A stretch of DNA of 63,993 nucleotides, filler included, from Octopus bimaculoides (taxonomy: Eukaryota), in NCBI RefSeq assembly GCF_001194135.2. It is 8 parts of 7 records of this genome, joined end to end, with 100 filler letters (N's around TTAATTAATTAA, not from the genome) between each part and the next. Parts side by side here need not be neighbours in the genome. Positions count along the whole stretch, not along the records: positions 50,037 to 54,466 come from NC_068996.1; positions 54,567 to 57,836 come from NC_068983.1; positions 57,937 to 60,915 come from NW_026358971.1; positions 61,016 to 62,885 come from NW_026347591.1; positions 62,986 to 63,993 come from NW_026370703.1; 3 more parts are not named here. One strand, given 5' to 3'. The position numbers were made by a program, and so were the translations under genes. Below, one piece after another: positions 50,364 through 63,270 of the stretch. The first letter of the stretch is position 1; every line of letters starts with the position of its first letter. A model generated the notes under the pieces. The model had not been told where the DNA came from, did no database searches, and saw only the letters and a list, made by a program, of their open reading frames with translations.

Positions 50364-52480
50364 TTTTTTTCTTTAATGGCCATAAACACAAGGTCAATAG
50401 TGAGGTCATATGTAGCACATGTAAACAGTAAAACCATAAAAGTAATAAAATATTAAACAACAAAATTCTCCAAAAAGTCGGGTTACTCCACCTAGAGCCA
50501 ACTGAGGAACCCCACACATCCTGGACAACCCGATTGCCAAGGTTACTTCAGGCAGGTGTCCCACTACTCTACATTCTCTTTGGTTTCTCCTCACCGCGAG
50601 AGGATAAATCTTTCGCCTTTTACTCTACATTCGCTCTGACCTATAAATGCATGCTCGTAGTAAGTCTATTCACGCGAGTCATTCTCGCCTCATTCGCCAA
50701 CCTTTCAAGAAAAATACTCGGGTGCAGCACTTCACTCTCCGTCCTAACTTTCCTTTTCAAGTGGAACTTGAAAAAGTATTTGGCTGAAAAGGAAAGTGTC
50801 TGTTTTTATTCCTTTCAACCTCGTCCAACACACTAGCTCTTTCGCCATAGCCACCAGAAAGAGGAAAACTACCTGCCATTACTGGCCAAATGAAGCCGGT
50901 GAAACGACCCTCACGATGGACTCGGCCGTTCGGAGGATCCTCCCTACACCCGACAACAGCTGTTCGACTAAGTTTCACAGGTCATGAATGCTGGACATTG
51001 GACGAGTGCATGAAAAACTGTTTCATTGCTCTATGCACATATCAGACAAGTCTATCTGATAGCATTTTCGTGCCTGTAGAGCTTATCTCAAACCAACAGA
51101 GCCTTCCCAGTAGCATTGCCAGCTCAGGAATTTCTCGAAATTATTCATAGGACCTGCTTCTAAAGTGCTCTAGAAGAGACTCACTAACTGATCTCCCCTG
51201 ACACACAGAGTTTCCCGAGAACGTCGTCACTCTCGCCCGCCACTAGTCCCCTATAGAACTTCAAGGTGAAACTTCCACCTACTGTATTGCCCGACAGGCA
51301 AAGGATAGTGAACACTTGGCGGTACTCCAGATACCAAGTTCCCTGTCTCGTTCTACATTTGATCCAGGACTGCAGTTCCGTTAACGTGACCAGCTGCGGG
51401 AAATCCTATATGATAAACGGTTATCACATCTGTTCACTGTCGCGGAATCGCTGGAGATGTCAAAGCTTCGGCGCACATCCCCGCTTCATTAGAAACGTTT
51501 GTCAAAGATAAAGCTCGAAGGGAAGACCATCCAGCCCTGGAGAGTTCTCCATTATGCAACTAGTCATCGCATTGCATATGTCCCCAATCTTTCAGGGACA
51601 GCTTTAAGCCCATTTCTGAGAGAAACTTGTTATCCTTCTCGTCAGCTCCACCAAGTTCTTGTCTACTTGGAGGTCGGGACAAAAATAGACCCCAACAATT
51701 TAACAGGTCCTTCCTTCCAGCGCATGGAAGGGGCGTACAAAAGGGGTGAGAGTAAGTATCCTTGATGGACCGAATGAGCGATTTGTTTGGGATAGCACAT
51801 GTCTGTACATCACAAATCAGTCTATCAAATAAGTGCCAACCTCTTGGATAACACCTTAACCAAAATTTTGTAATCTGTGTTGAGCAGAGTTAGACGACTA
51901 AAATTATCGATATGGTCTCCCTTGTTCTGGTCCTTTCTCGGCAGCACCATCACACTTCGACTCAGAGGACTGGGAATCTTCCCATTCTGTTGCCAGTTGC
52001 GATAGACATCCGCCAAGAGATCATCGAACAAGTCTGGCAAAGATAAAGCTCGAAGGGAAGACCATCCAGCCCTGGAGAGTTCTCCATTATGTAACTAGTC
52101 ATTGCATCACATATGTCGTCGGCTGTTATCGGGATTTCGTAGAACTCCGCATCCCAAGCCGAAAGACGCGGAAGGCCGTCTAAGTAGGAGGTAGCCCTAC
52201 CCCCGCACAGCCCGTGCAATTCGTCAAAGTGCCACTTGAATTCCGCACACGTCTGATTAGAGTCGAATAACAAGAGCCCATCCCGGCACATCAAAGTCAG
52301 AATTGTGACTTTGTCGCCACGTTGTGCCTCTACCAACTGAGTTCGTATTTCGTTCCCGCGTGTCTTAAAACACGCACCCAGGCTCTGACAATGCAACCTT
52401 CGTGCTTGGCGTTCGTCGCTATATCTCTTCCAGCTCCTTAACTATGCCTCCATCAACTCTAGGCTTTTCAGTTGCTATTT
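50364..52480 (-). mobile_element. 5'-truncated, internally rearranged Tx1-like LINE
   Basis: Motifs SPGLDGLPFELY, LTLLNTDYKILVKVLSKRL and the CCHC TCLIC..SNETVFHALVQC. 3' end reads ATTAAAGAAAAAAA on the minus strand at about 50364-50377. The middle RT domains are missing. Confidence 0.85.
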
Positions 52481-53754
52481 CTTTACATTTTTTATTATGT
52501 AGACATATTAAGAATGTAGATAAACACATGTATATGTATATGTGTATGTGTATATATGTTTAAATTATATATAAATGTATGCATATGCGTGTATATACAT
52601 AAATAGCAGAACATATATACATCGATGAAAATCCACTATCACATATAGAAAAATTAACAATTAAAAGCACAATAAATGAGTATAATATAAAGCAAAGTAA
52701 ATATCATAAGATAAATATAATAAAATGATTACACGTGTTTCATAACTAATTTTCAAATAGAAAGGAAATTTAAATCGATTAAAATCAATTGAAATTATCG
52801 AAAATAAATTCTATTCAAAAATATAGCTAATCGTCAGATCGTAAATAGAACAATAATTAGATATATATATCTCAACCAACAATAAGTACCAAATGAATTA
52901 ATATGAAATACTTATTTTATAAAGATAGAAAAATTATTAAAAATATCAAAATATTAAAATAATAACCATTCAATAATCCTCCCTTCATCCATTATAATAA
53001 CATGTATATTATNNNNNNNNNNNNNNNNNNNNNNNNNNNNNNNNNNNNNNNNNNNNNNNNNNNNNNNNNNNNNNNNNNNNNNNNNNNNNNNNNNNNNNNN
53101 NNNNNNNNNNNNNNNNNNNNNNNNNNNNNNNNNNNNNNNNNNNNNNNNNNNNNNNNNNNNNNNNNNNNNNNNNNNNNNNNNNNNNNNNNNNNNNNNNNNN
53201 NNNNNNNNNNNNNNNNNNNNNNNNNNNNNNNNNNNNNNNNNNNNNNNNNNNNNNNNNNNNNNNNNNNNNNNNNNNNNNNNNNNNNNNNNNNNNNNNNNNN
53301 NNNNNNNNNNNNNNNNNNNNNNNNNNNNNNNNNNNNNNNNNNNNNNNNNNNNNNNNNNNNNNNNNNNNNNNNNNNNNNNNNNNNNNNNNNNNNNNNNNNN
53401 NNNNNNNNNNNNNNNNNNNNNNNNNNNNNNNNNNNNNNNNNNNNNNNNNNNNNNNNNNNNNNNNNNNNNNNNNNNNNNNNNNNNNNNNNNNNNNNNNNNN
53501 NNNNNNNNNNNNNNNNNNNNNNNNNNNNNNNNNNNNNNNNNNNNNNNNNNNNNNNNNNNNNNNNNNNNNNNNNNNNNNNNNNNNNNNNNNNNNNNNNNNN
53601 NNNNNNNNNNNNNNNNNNNNNNNNNNNNNNNNNNNNNNNNNNNNNNNNNNNNNNNNNNNNNNNNNNNNNNNNNNNNNNNNNNNNNNNNNNNNNNNNNNNN
53701 NNNNNNNNNNNNNNNNNNNNNNNNNNNNNNNNNNNNNNNNNNNNNNNNNNNNNN

Positions 53755-53838
<84 letters not shown>

Positions 53839-53984
53839 TAGCTGATGGAATGCGTCTTTATTGATTTGTTTCATGCTTAGCTTTGTGTTGTCCCAAAATA
53901 CAACCAACTCCGAACGTTGTTCAAATGACATTTATTTTTTATCGATGTTCATTACAATATTTACATTTTTAATTGTGGTTTGCC

Positions 53985-54450
53985 AGTAGTGCAATGTCGT
54001 GTGCTAGAATGGATCGAGCTGGATGGCAAACAAAAGTGTGGAGTGGAGTGAAAGCATTTGAGGAAGCCAGGATAACGCATGTAAGACTCAAAAGAGATTT
54101 AAGGAAGAATGTTACGATCGAGAAGGTGAATCTCAGTGACCTTTTTACGTGCACAGTTTGTGACAGACCGTGCCTTTCTTTTGCTGGGCTCAAATCTCTT
54201 TAGTGAACCCATGGAAAACGAACCTCCACCAACTGTATGTCTGTGCACACCTTTGAATGCAGTGCATGCCAGAAGGTTTGCAAATCTAACGGAGGCCTCA
54301 AAAGACATTTTAAGATCCACAAAGAGCAGAACTTATCTGCAGCTCTTCGTGGTCCAAATCGGATATGCAATCTGTGTGGATGTCTTTTCAGAACACTGTC
54401 TGGTTTTTAAAAAAAAACAAATCAGATGCGATGATGGTTCAAAGGTGTAG
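53985..54450 (+). mobile_element. RTE-like LINE C-terminal remnant with three C2H2 zinc fingers
   Basis: ARMDRAGWQTKVWSGVKAFEEAR...KRDLRK, then in the same frame FTCTVC...GLKS, FECSACQKVCKSNGGLKRHFKIH and ICNLCGCLFRTLSG, with stops. Confidence 0.7.
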
Positions 54451-55454
54451 GTACAGGAGGTGGTCANNNNNNNNNNNNNNNNNNNNNNNNNNNNNNNNNN
54501 NNNNNNNNNNTTAATTAATTAANNNNNNNNNNNNNNNNNNNNNNNNNNNNNNNNNNNNNNNNNNNNATATATATATATATACATCTATCCATATATATAT
54601 GTACATATACTATTGAACCTTGAGAGGGGCATTATGTATATATAGATAGATAGGCTGATAGCTAGATACACAAATATTCATATATATATCTATGTATATG
54701 TAAATTAAAATTAATTAAAGATGAAGAATAAGAAATAACTCACAATGACTAGTGAGATGTAGAGGAACATCATAAACAGATACAAGGATATCAAATAACA
54801 TATAACATTAAATTCATGATTATTTTAAAGCACCTCCACTTATGGAGGATGTGTCACAATTAGCAAATGGCAATTAGCAAATGACAATTAGCAAATGACA
54901 ACAGAATCCTGCTCTTCATGGCAAGGGGAAGTAATCTGAAGATTCACGAAAACTTTCCAAAGTTCTCGCGCCATTACGGAAAAGGTCAGTCTTATTGTTT
55001 GGAGATAAGATGACTGTCGTAGACATGTGTTTCTGCCTTAATAGGCGTCGTCAACACGACAATTCTTCAGCCGTATCTATAGTAACAAAGAGACATAGAA
55101 ATATGCGAAAAATGTAAAACAGATTTATAACTTAGATAATCTGCATAAATTTAATAAAAATGAGCTAAGAGAAGTAACTCAGTGTCCAGTAACACGTATA
55201 AGAACAGCCCAGACAAATCTATATGTATCAAATATCATACAACATAACTTTCAATTTACTAACGTTGACTCTGCCTCTAAAGAATGTGTCACAATTATCA
55301 AATGCTAATGGAGATGTATGAGGGTTATCGAATTCGGTAAACAAGAAATTAATTTTATCATCATTAATGTTAATAAACCAGCCAACAGCAGCAAAACTGA
55401 TATAGCTCATAAAATGTTTGTCAAGTACCTAAGATAAGTGTTAACGTTATTATA

Positions 55455-55514
55455 CACACACACAAACACACAAACAAACACACACACATGCACGCACACA
55501 CACACACACTTGCA

Positions 55515-55585
<71 letters not shown>

Positions 55586-55616
55586 ACAAACACTCACACA
55601 CACACATGCACGCACG

Positions 55617-55655
<39 letters not shown>

Positions 55656-55804
55656 ACAAACACTCACACATACACACATGCAAGCACACACACGCACACA
55701 AAAATAACCAAAACACACATTGGCAAATACACATATATACATACATACGTAAGTATATACATACATACATACATACATACCTACCTACATACATACATAC
55801 ATAC
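55455..55804. repeat. Compound (CA)n/(CATA)n microsatellite
   Basis: Direct reading. Confidence 0.9.
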
Positions 55805-56200
55805 AGGACATCTATGGACCATTAATAAGGAGTTTGCAAATCCCATACACAAGATACACTTTCAGCTTTATACCTATTATTGTTGGAGTAACAGGATATA
55901 TATATACTAACCACTGCAAAGCAAAGTAAGGCTGAACTTGAGGAGAGAACGCAAATCCTTGATTCATACCCGTGTATTCATACGCAAGTCCTTGATTCAT
56001 ATCTGGGACTATAAGAATCTGCCAGAGTTTCTTAAGATTTAAAGGTGGCTGAACAAAACGATACTTTGCTTCGCAACTTTGCTTCGCAACTTTGCTTCGC
56101 AACTTTGCTTCGCAACTTTGCTTCGCAACTTTGCTTCGCAACTTTGCTGCAAAGTAGGTGGCCAGGTAAAATTTATTTTAAATTAAAAACAGAAAGAGAA
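55805..56200 (+). mobile_element. 5'-truncated R4/Dong-like copy (RLE C-terminus + 3'UTR) flanked by (CATA)n on both sides
   Basis: Reads DIYGPLIRSLQIPYTRYTFSFIPIIVGVTGY...ISGTIRICQSFLRFK. The 3' end AATTAAAAACAGAAAGAGAA resembles the 3' end of the 23183 copy. Confidence 0.78.
56063..56151. repeat. 13-bp minisatellite ACTTTGCTTCGCA, 6 perfect copies plus a partial
   Basis: Direct reading. Confidence 0.95.
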
Positions 56201-56299
56201 CATACATACGTACTTATGTATATGAACATGCATACACAGACGTTGGATTGAACAGTTCACTATTACATTCCACTTAGGAAGTATTGTTCAACCAAAGAT

Positions 56300-56690
56300 G
56301 GTGGGGGCACAAACACACACACGCACACGCACACACATATACATCCACACACAAGTATATACGACGGGCTTCTTTCAGTTTCCGTTTACTAAATCCACTC
56401 ACAAGGCTATAGTAGAAGACACTTGCCCAAGGTGCCACGCATGTGGTTGGTTAGCAAGCTGTTTACCATGCAGCCACTCCCTCGCCTCCTACACACACAA
56501 ACACGCAACTTTTATCTTTACCCGCGACCCGCTTTGAAAGGTTTAATCGAACGAGTTGACCTCAGTATTTCTTTTTTCTACTTATTCTATCGATTTCTTA
56601 TGCCCAACCGCTAATGCACGGCTAATGTAATCATACTAGCACCTGTTGTCAAATGGTGGTGTGGGATATTTAAGGAGATAAAGACAAGCA
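56300..56690 (-). mobile_element. SINE family A fragments (5' half, then a diverged 3' half)
   Basis: ACGACGGGCTTCTTTCAGTTTCCG...CCCAAGGTGCCACGC with a deletion. A second, decayed tail part follows. Confidence 0.7.
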
Positions 56691-57286
56691 CACAGACAGA
56701 CAGGCACACAACATATATATATGTATAGTGCAAGTGCACTAGGGACATCTTTATATAATACAACTGCAGCGAAATTAAGTATAGTTAGTGCATTTGCACC
56801 CATGACTATTTGCAATAATGGCGTCTGCTTCTCTATATTTGACTAGTTGGCAAGATATTAAAGAAAAAAAAAACTACATATCAATTTACGTACACACACA
56901 CACATATGTGTCTGTGTATGTGTGTGTATGTATCTATGTATACATGTACATACACATGCATGTAAATAGTTATACACACACACACACACACACATACATA
57001 TACATGAACATATATGTATATATAGATATAGATATCTATATATATATATGAATACATATATTCACACGCTCATATAAATACACAGATGTATATATGTATG
57101 TATNNNNNNNNNNNNNNNNNNNNNNNNNNNNNNNNNNNNNNNNNNNNNNNNNNNNNNNNNNNNNNNNNNNNNNNNNNNNNNNNNNNNNNNNNNNNNNNNN
57201 NNNNNNNNNNNNNNNNNNNNNNNNNNNNNNNNNTATATATATATATATGTTTGTATGATAAACACGTATATTCTTGTATATCTATA

Positions 57287-57324
<38 letters not shown>

Positions 57325-57936
57325 CATATATACATCTGTGTATTTAGTTATTTAACTATACACACACATAAACACACGTGCATACTTATATATATATATA
57401 CTTATATGTATGTGTGTGTGTATGTCTGTGTTTGTGTGTGTGTATATGTGCATGTGTGAGTGTGTGTGTGACTGTGTGAGTGTGTGTCTACATTGGGCTC
57501 TTTTCGACGATGTGTATCCGGTTGTTCGATCAACTGCACTTCCCGCTCATTGAATTAACGTGTACAAGGCTGAGCATTCTACAAATACATGTAATGTTAA
57601 CGCAATCCCACGCAGAATTAGCGGGTGACAGCTTGTGCAAGGCTGCAGATTCAGTTTGTAAGTGCAATTCTTCGGAAATGCATTCAAACAGTTTCCGTTT
57701 CTCCAGTTACTTTTACAATACTTGAGTCCACCCCAACGTACAGTAAGTGACATTCGTCTACGATGTCAAGCAGTAGGATCAAACTGGGTAGCGTGTGATT
57801 CTGAAGAGAAATTTATATATATATATATATATATATNNNNNNNNNNNNNNNNNNNNNNNNNNNNNNNNNNNNNNNNNNNNTTAATTAATTAANNNNNNNN
57901 NNNNNNNNNNNNNNNNNNNNNNNNNNNNNNNNNNNN

Positions 57937-60850
57937 TGAACGAAGGTTAGTACGTACGAATGTACGAACGAAACAACGAACGTACGTACAAACGAGCGAA
58001 CGATTGAAGGAACGAACGAAAGAACAAACGTACGTACGAACGACCGAGCGAACGTACGTACGAACGCGCGATCGAAGGAACGAATGTACGTACGTACGTA
58101 CGAATAAACGTATGTAAGGACGAATGAATAAACGAACGAAAGCATCTATATACCTCCGTACCTACGAACGAACGCAAGAACGGACGTCGGAACGTACGTT
58201 CGTACGAATAAAATAACGAATAAAGGTACGTATATTCGTACGTAACGAACGACCGAACCGAAGGACGAACGTACGTACGTTAGCACGAACGAACGTAGGA
58301 ACGTACGAACTAACGTACGTACGAATGCACAAAAGAACGAACAAACGAACGTACGTATGTACGAACGAAAGAAGGAACGTATGTACATACGTACGTACGA
58401 ATGACCGAACGTACGTTCGTACTTACGAACGAACGTACGTACGATGAACGAACGACCGCGCGAACCAACCAACGAACGTACGAATGAACGAACGAACGAC
58501 AGAACGAACAACGAACGAACGAACGTAAGAAATAACGAACGAACGAACGTACGTAGGTACGAAAAAAACGAACAATGAACGAACGAACATACGTAGGTAC
58601 GAAAAAAACGAACGAACGAACATACGTAGGTACGAAAAAAACGAACAACGAACGAACTTACGTAAGAAATAACGAACGAAAGTAGGTACGAAAGAATGAG
58701 CAAACGAACGTACGTTCGTAAGTACGTACGTGCGTATTTATGAACGAGCGAACGAACGTCCGTTTGTACGTACATCCATACATACGAATGAACGAACGTA
58801 AGTACGTACGAAAGAAACAACGAACGTACGTATGTACGAAAGAACGAACGGACGTCGGAACGTACGTCCGTACGAATAAAATAACGAACGAACGAACGTA
58901 CGTACATACGTACGAACGACCTAACGGACGGACGGACAAACGAACGAACGTACGTTAGCACGAGCGAACGTACGAACTAACGTACCTACGAATGCATAAA
59001 AGAACGAACAAACGATCGAACGAACGAACGTAAGTACGTATGTACAAATGAACGAATGAAAGAAGGAACTATGTACATACGTACGTACGAACGACCGAAC
59101 GTACGTTCGTATTTATGAACGAAGGAACGAACGTACGTACGATGAACGAACGACCGCCCAAACCAACCAACGAACGTACGTACGTACAAATGAACGAACG
59201 AACTAACAAACGAATGAAAGATCGAACGGACGTCGAAAAAAAACGAACAACGAACGAACTTACGTACGTAAATACGTACGAACGAACGAACGAGCAAACG
59301 AACGTTCGTAAGTACGGACGTGCGTATGTACGAACGAGCGAAACAACGAACGTCCGTTTGTACGGACATTCATACATACGAACAAACGAGCGAAGGAACG
59401 TACGTACGAACGAACGAGCGAAGGAACGAATGTACGTACGTACGTAAATACGTACGTACGAATGAACGAACGAAAGCATCTACATACCTCCGTACCTACG
59501 AACGAGTGATCGAACGAACGCAAGAACGGACGTCGGAACGTAGGTTCGTACGAATAAAATAACGAACGAACGTACGTACGTTAGCACGAACGAACGTAGG
59601 AAAGTACGAACTAACGAACGAACGTACGTACGAATGCACAAAAGAACGAACAAACGAACGAACTTAAGTACGTACGTATGTACGAACGAAAGAAGGAACG
59701 TATGTACATACGTACGTACGAATGACCGAACGTACGTACGTTCGTACTTACGAACGAACGTAAGTACGAATGAACGAACGAACTAACGAACGAATGAAAG
59801 ATCGAACGAACGTACGTAGGTACGAAAAAAACGAACAACGAATGAACTTACGTACGTAAATACGTACGAACGTAAGAAATAACGAACTTACGTACGAACG
59901 TCCGTTTGTACGTACATTCATACATACGAATGAACGTAAGTACGTACGAATGTACGAACGAACGAAGGAAGGAAGGAAAGAACGAACGTACGTACGAAAG
60001 TACGACCGAACGTAAGAACGTACGAACGGACCAATGAACGAACGATCGAACAAACGATAGAAAGAACGAATGAAGGAACTAACGAACTTAAGTTTGTACG
60101 TAGATACGAACGAACGAACGAGGAAACGAACGTACGTAAGTACATACGGACAAATGAATAAACGAACGAAAGCATCTACATACCTCCGTACCTACGAACG
60201 AGCAATCGAACGAACGAACGCAAGAACGGACGGCGGAACGTACGAATAAAATAACGAACGAACGTATGTACATACGTACGTACGAACGGAAGGACGAACG
60301 AAGGAAGGAACGTACGTACCTTAGCACGAACGAACGTATGTACGTACGAATGTACAAAAGAACGAACAAACGATCGAACGAACGAACGTAAGTACGTACG
60401 TACGTATGTAGGAATGAACGAACGAAAGAAGGAACGTATGTACATACGTACGTACGAATGACGGAACGTACGTTCGTACTTACGAACGAAGGAACGAACG
60501 TACGAAAGAAGGAACGTATGTACATACGTACGTACGAATGACCGAACGTACGTTCGTACTTACGAACGAAGGAACGAACGTACGTACGATGACCGATCGA
60601 CTGCGCAAACCAACCAGCGAACGTACGTACGTACGTACGTACGTACAAATGAACGAACGAACGTACGTACTTACGTACGAATGAACGAACGAACTAACGA
60701 ACTAACGAAGGAATGAAAGAACTAACGAAGGAATGAAAGATCGAACGAAGGAATGAAAGATCGAACGAACGGATGAAAGATCGAACGAACGTACGCAGGT
60801 ACGAAAGAAACGAATAAATGAACAACGAACGAACTTACGTACGTAAGAAA
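57937..60850. repeat. About 2.9-kb CpG-rich cryptic (ACGA/ACGT)n satellite with higher-order units
   Basis: Recurrent cassettes such as AAGCATCTA.ATACCTCCGTACC, TTAGCACGA and GAATAAAATAACGAA. Confidence 0.9.
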
Positions 60851-61016
60851 TATATTTGTATATATATATTTCTATATTTATATATATATTGATATATATA
60901 TATATATATATATATNNNNNNNNNNNNNNNNNNNNNNNNNNNNNNNNNNNNNNNNNNNNTTAATTAATTAANNNNNNNNNNNNNNNNNNNNNNNNNNNNN
61001 NNNNNNNNNNNNNNNG

Positions 61017-61060
61017 ATCATGGTGCTGACACCCTAACCACTAAGCCACGCGCCTCCACA
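61017..61060 (-). mobile_element. SINE family C-like tRNA head
   Basis: Reverse complement reads GTGGAGGCGCGTGGCTTAGTGGTTAGGG. Cut by a gap. Confidence 0.65.
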
Positions 61061-61687
61061 TATATGCGTAACACAACAATTTAAATGTCCGCTTTCTAAA
61101 TGTTTTGCGAGATCTTTCGTACACAAACTTTGGATGGAGTTTAAAGCCCCCCAATCGGGAGAGTTTCAACTGTATTTAAAAGAGAAAACTATGAGGACAC
61201 CACAAATCATTTAACGGGTTCAAAACATTATCGACGACAATCTTAGAAAATCGATGAGGGCCATTCCCAAAGAATTTCAGGTATTGGGCAAACTATCAGA
61301 ACTGTGATGCATGAACTGTGATGCAATAAAAATGGTATGTACTGAGAAGAAACCAACTCATGTCTGTAAAGCTCAATATTCTTCTAGCCATCCCTCATCG
61401 TTTTCGCTTGGTTTGTTGTGTGTCTGATTTTGTTACCATCTTTGACCCTCCGCAAATCCCAAATTTCATGTTGGGTCGCGGGAGCAACTGTTTTTCGAAG
61501 CCTCATATTATTAATTGTTCGAAATATGGAGTAGATGAACAGCCGACAACTGAAGAAGAGCTATTCTTTATGTTCCTTGTTTGGTTTTCCATTTGTTTCT
61601 CTCGTTGTTCGCTTACCCTGGTTTGCCTTCATATTTCATGTTGTTTACTTTTTGTGACGTACTGTACCCATATATGTATATATACTC

Positions 61688-61984
61688 TTTTACTCTGTTA
61701 CTTGTTTCAGTCTTTTGACTGTGGCCATGCTGGAGCACCGCCTTTAGTCGAGCAAATCGACCCCAGGACTTATTCTTTGGAAGCCTTGTACTTATTCTAT
61801 CGGTCTCTTTTGCCGAACCGCTAAGTTACGGGGACATAAACACACCAGCATCGGTTGTCAAGCGATGTTGGGGGGACAAACACAGACATACAAACACATA
61901 CACACATACATATATATATATATATACATATATACGACAGGCTTCTTTCAGTTTCCGTCTACCAAATCCACTCACCAGGCTTTG
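61688..61984 (-). mobile_element. SINE family A, well-preserved copy cut by a gap
   Basis: Retains CpGs. Tail, body and internal microsatellite are intact. Confidence 0.9.
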
Positions 61985-62674
61985 NNNNNNNNNNNNNNNN
62001 NNNNNNNNNNNNNNNNNNNNNNNNNNNNNNNNNNNNNNNNNNNNNNNNNNNNNNNNNNNNNNNNNNNNNNNNNNNNNNNNNNNNNNNNNNNNNNNNNNNN
62101 NNNNNNNNNNNNNNNNNNNNNNNNNNNNNNNNNNNNNNNNNNNNNNNNNNNNNNNNNNNNNNNNNNNNNNNNNNNNNNNNNNNNNNNNNNNNNNNNNNNN
62201 NNNNNNNNNNNNNNNNNNNNNNNNNNNNNNNNNNNNNNNNNNNNNNNNNNNNNNNNNNNNNNNNNNNNNNNNNNNNNNNNNNNNNNNNNNNNNNNNNNNN
62301 NNNNNNNNNNNNNNNNNNNNNNNNNNNNNNNNNNNNNNNNNNNNNNNNNNNNNNNNNNNNNNNNNNNNNNNNNNNNNNNNNNNNNNNNNNNNNNNNNNNN
62401 NNNNNNNNNNNNNNNNNNNNNNNNNNNNNNNNNNNNNNNNNNNNNNNNNNNNNNNNNNNNNNNNNNNNNNNNNNNNNNNNNNNNNNNNNNNNNNNNNNNN
62501 NNNNNNNNNNNNNNNNNNNNNNNNNNNNNNNNNNNNNNNNNNNNNNNNNNNNNNNNNNNNNNNNNNNNNNNNNNNNNNNNNNNNNNNNNNNNNNNNNNNN
62601 NNNNNNNNNNNNNNNNNNNNNNNNNNNNNNNNNNNNNNNNNNNNNNNNNNNNNNNNNNNNNNNNNNNNNNNNNN

Positions 62675-62830
62675 NTGACAACAGGATTTATTTTTTGTAA
62701 GCATAGTACATATTTTATCGGTGTTTTGCAAACGGCTAAGTTATGGAGACGTAAACACAGCAACATCGGAAGTCAAGTGATGGTGGGGGTACAAATACAG
62801 ACACACAAACACACACACATATATATGCAT
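62675..62830 (-). mobile_element. SINE family A middle fragment
   Basis: GGCTAAGTTATGGAGACGTAAACACAG... pattern. Confidence 0.65.
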
Positions 62831-62846
62831 ATATGTATGCTTATAT

Positions 62847-62885
<39 letters not shown>

Positions 62886-62985
62886 NNNNNNNNNNNNNNN
62901 NNNNNNNNNNNNNNNNNNNNNNNNNNNNNTTAATTAATTAANNNNNNNNNNNNNNNNNNNNNNNNNNNNNNNNNNNNNNNNNNNN

Positions 62986-63019
<34 letters not shown>

Positions 63020-63234
63020 TATTATTATTTGCTTTCTGTATGAACTATTCTGAATGTTATCATAAATAATAAATCTATATATTTCTTTATTTACATATTT
63101 CTTTCCTCTCCATCTCTCCCTGTCCCTAACACTTCCTCTCTCTCTACCCACCTCTCTCTTCATTTTCCTTCTTCCCCCTGTCTCTCTCATCCTCTCTTTA
63201 TCACCCTCTCTCTCTCCCTCCCTCTTTCTCCCCT

Positions 63235-63270
<36 letters not shown>

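Noticed and set aside
56063-56151. Regular short repeats as a possible CRISPR array (also 14284-14341 and 34255-34545)
   Set aside because: No unique spacers, no cas genes, and the context is eukaryotic
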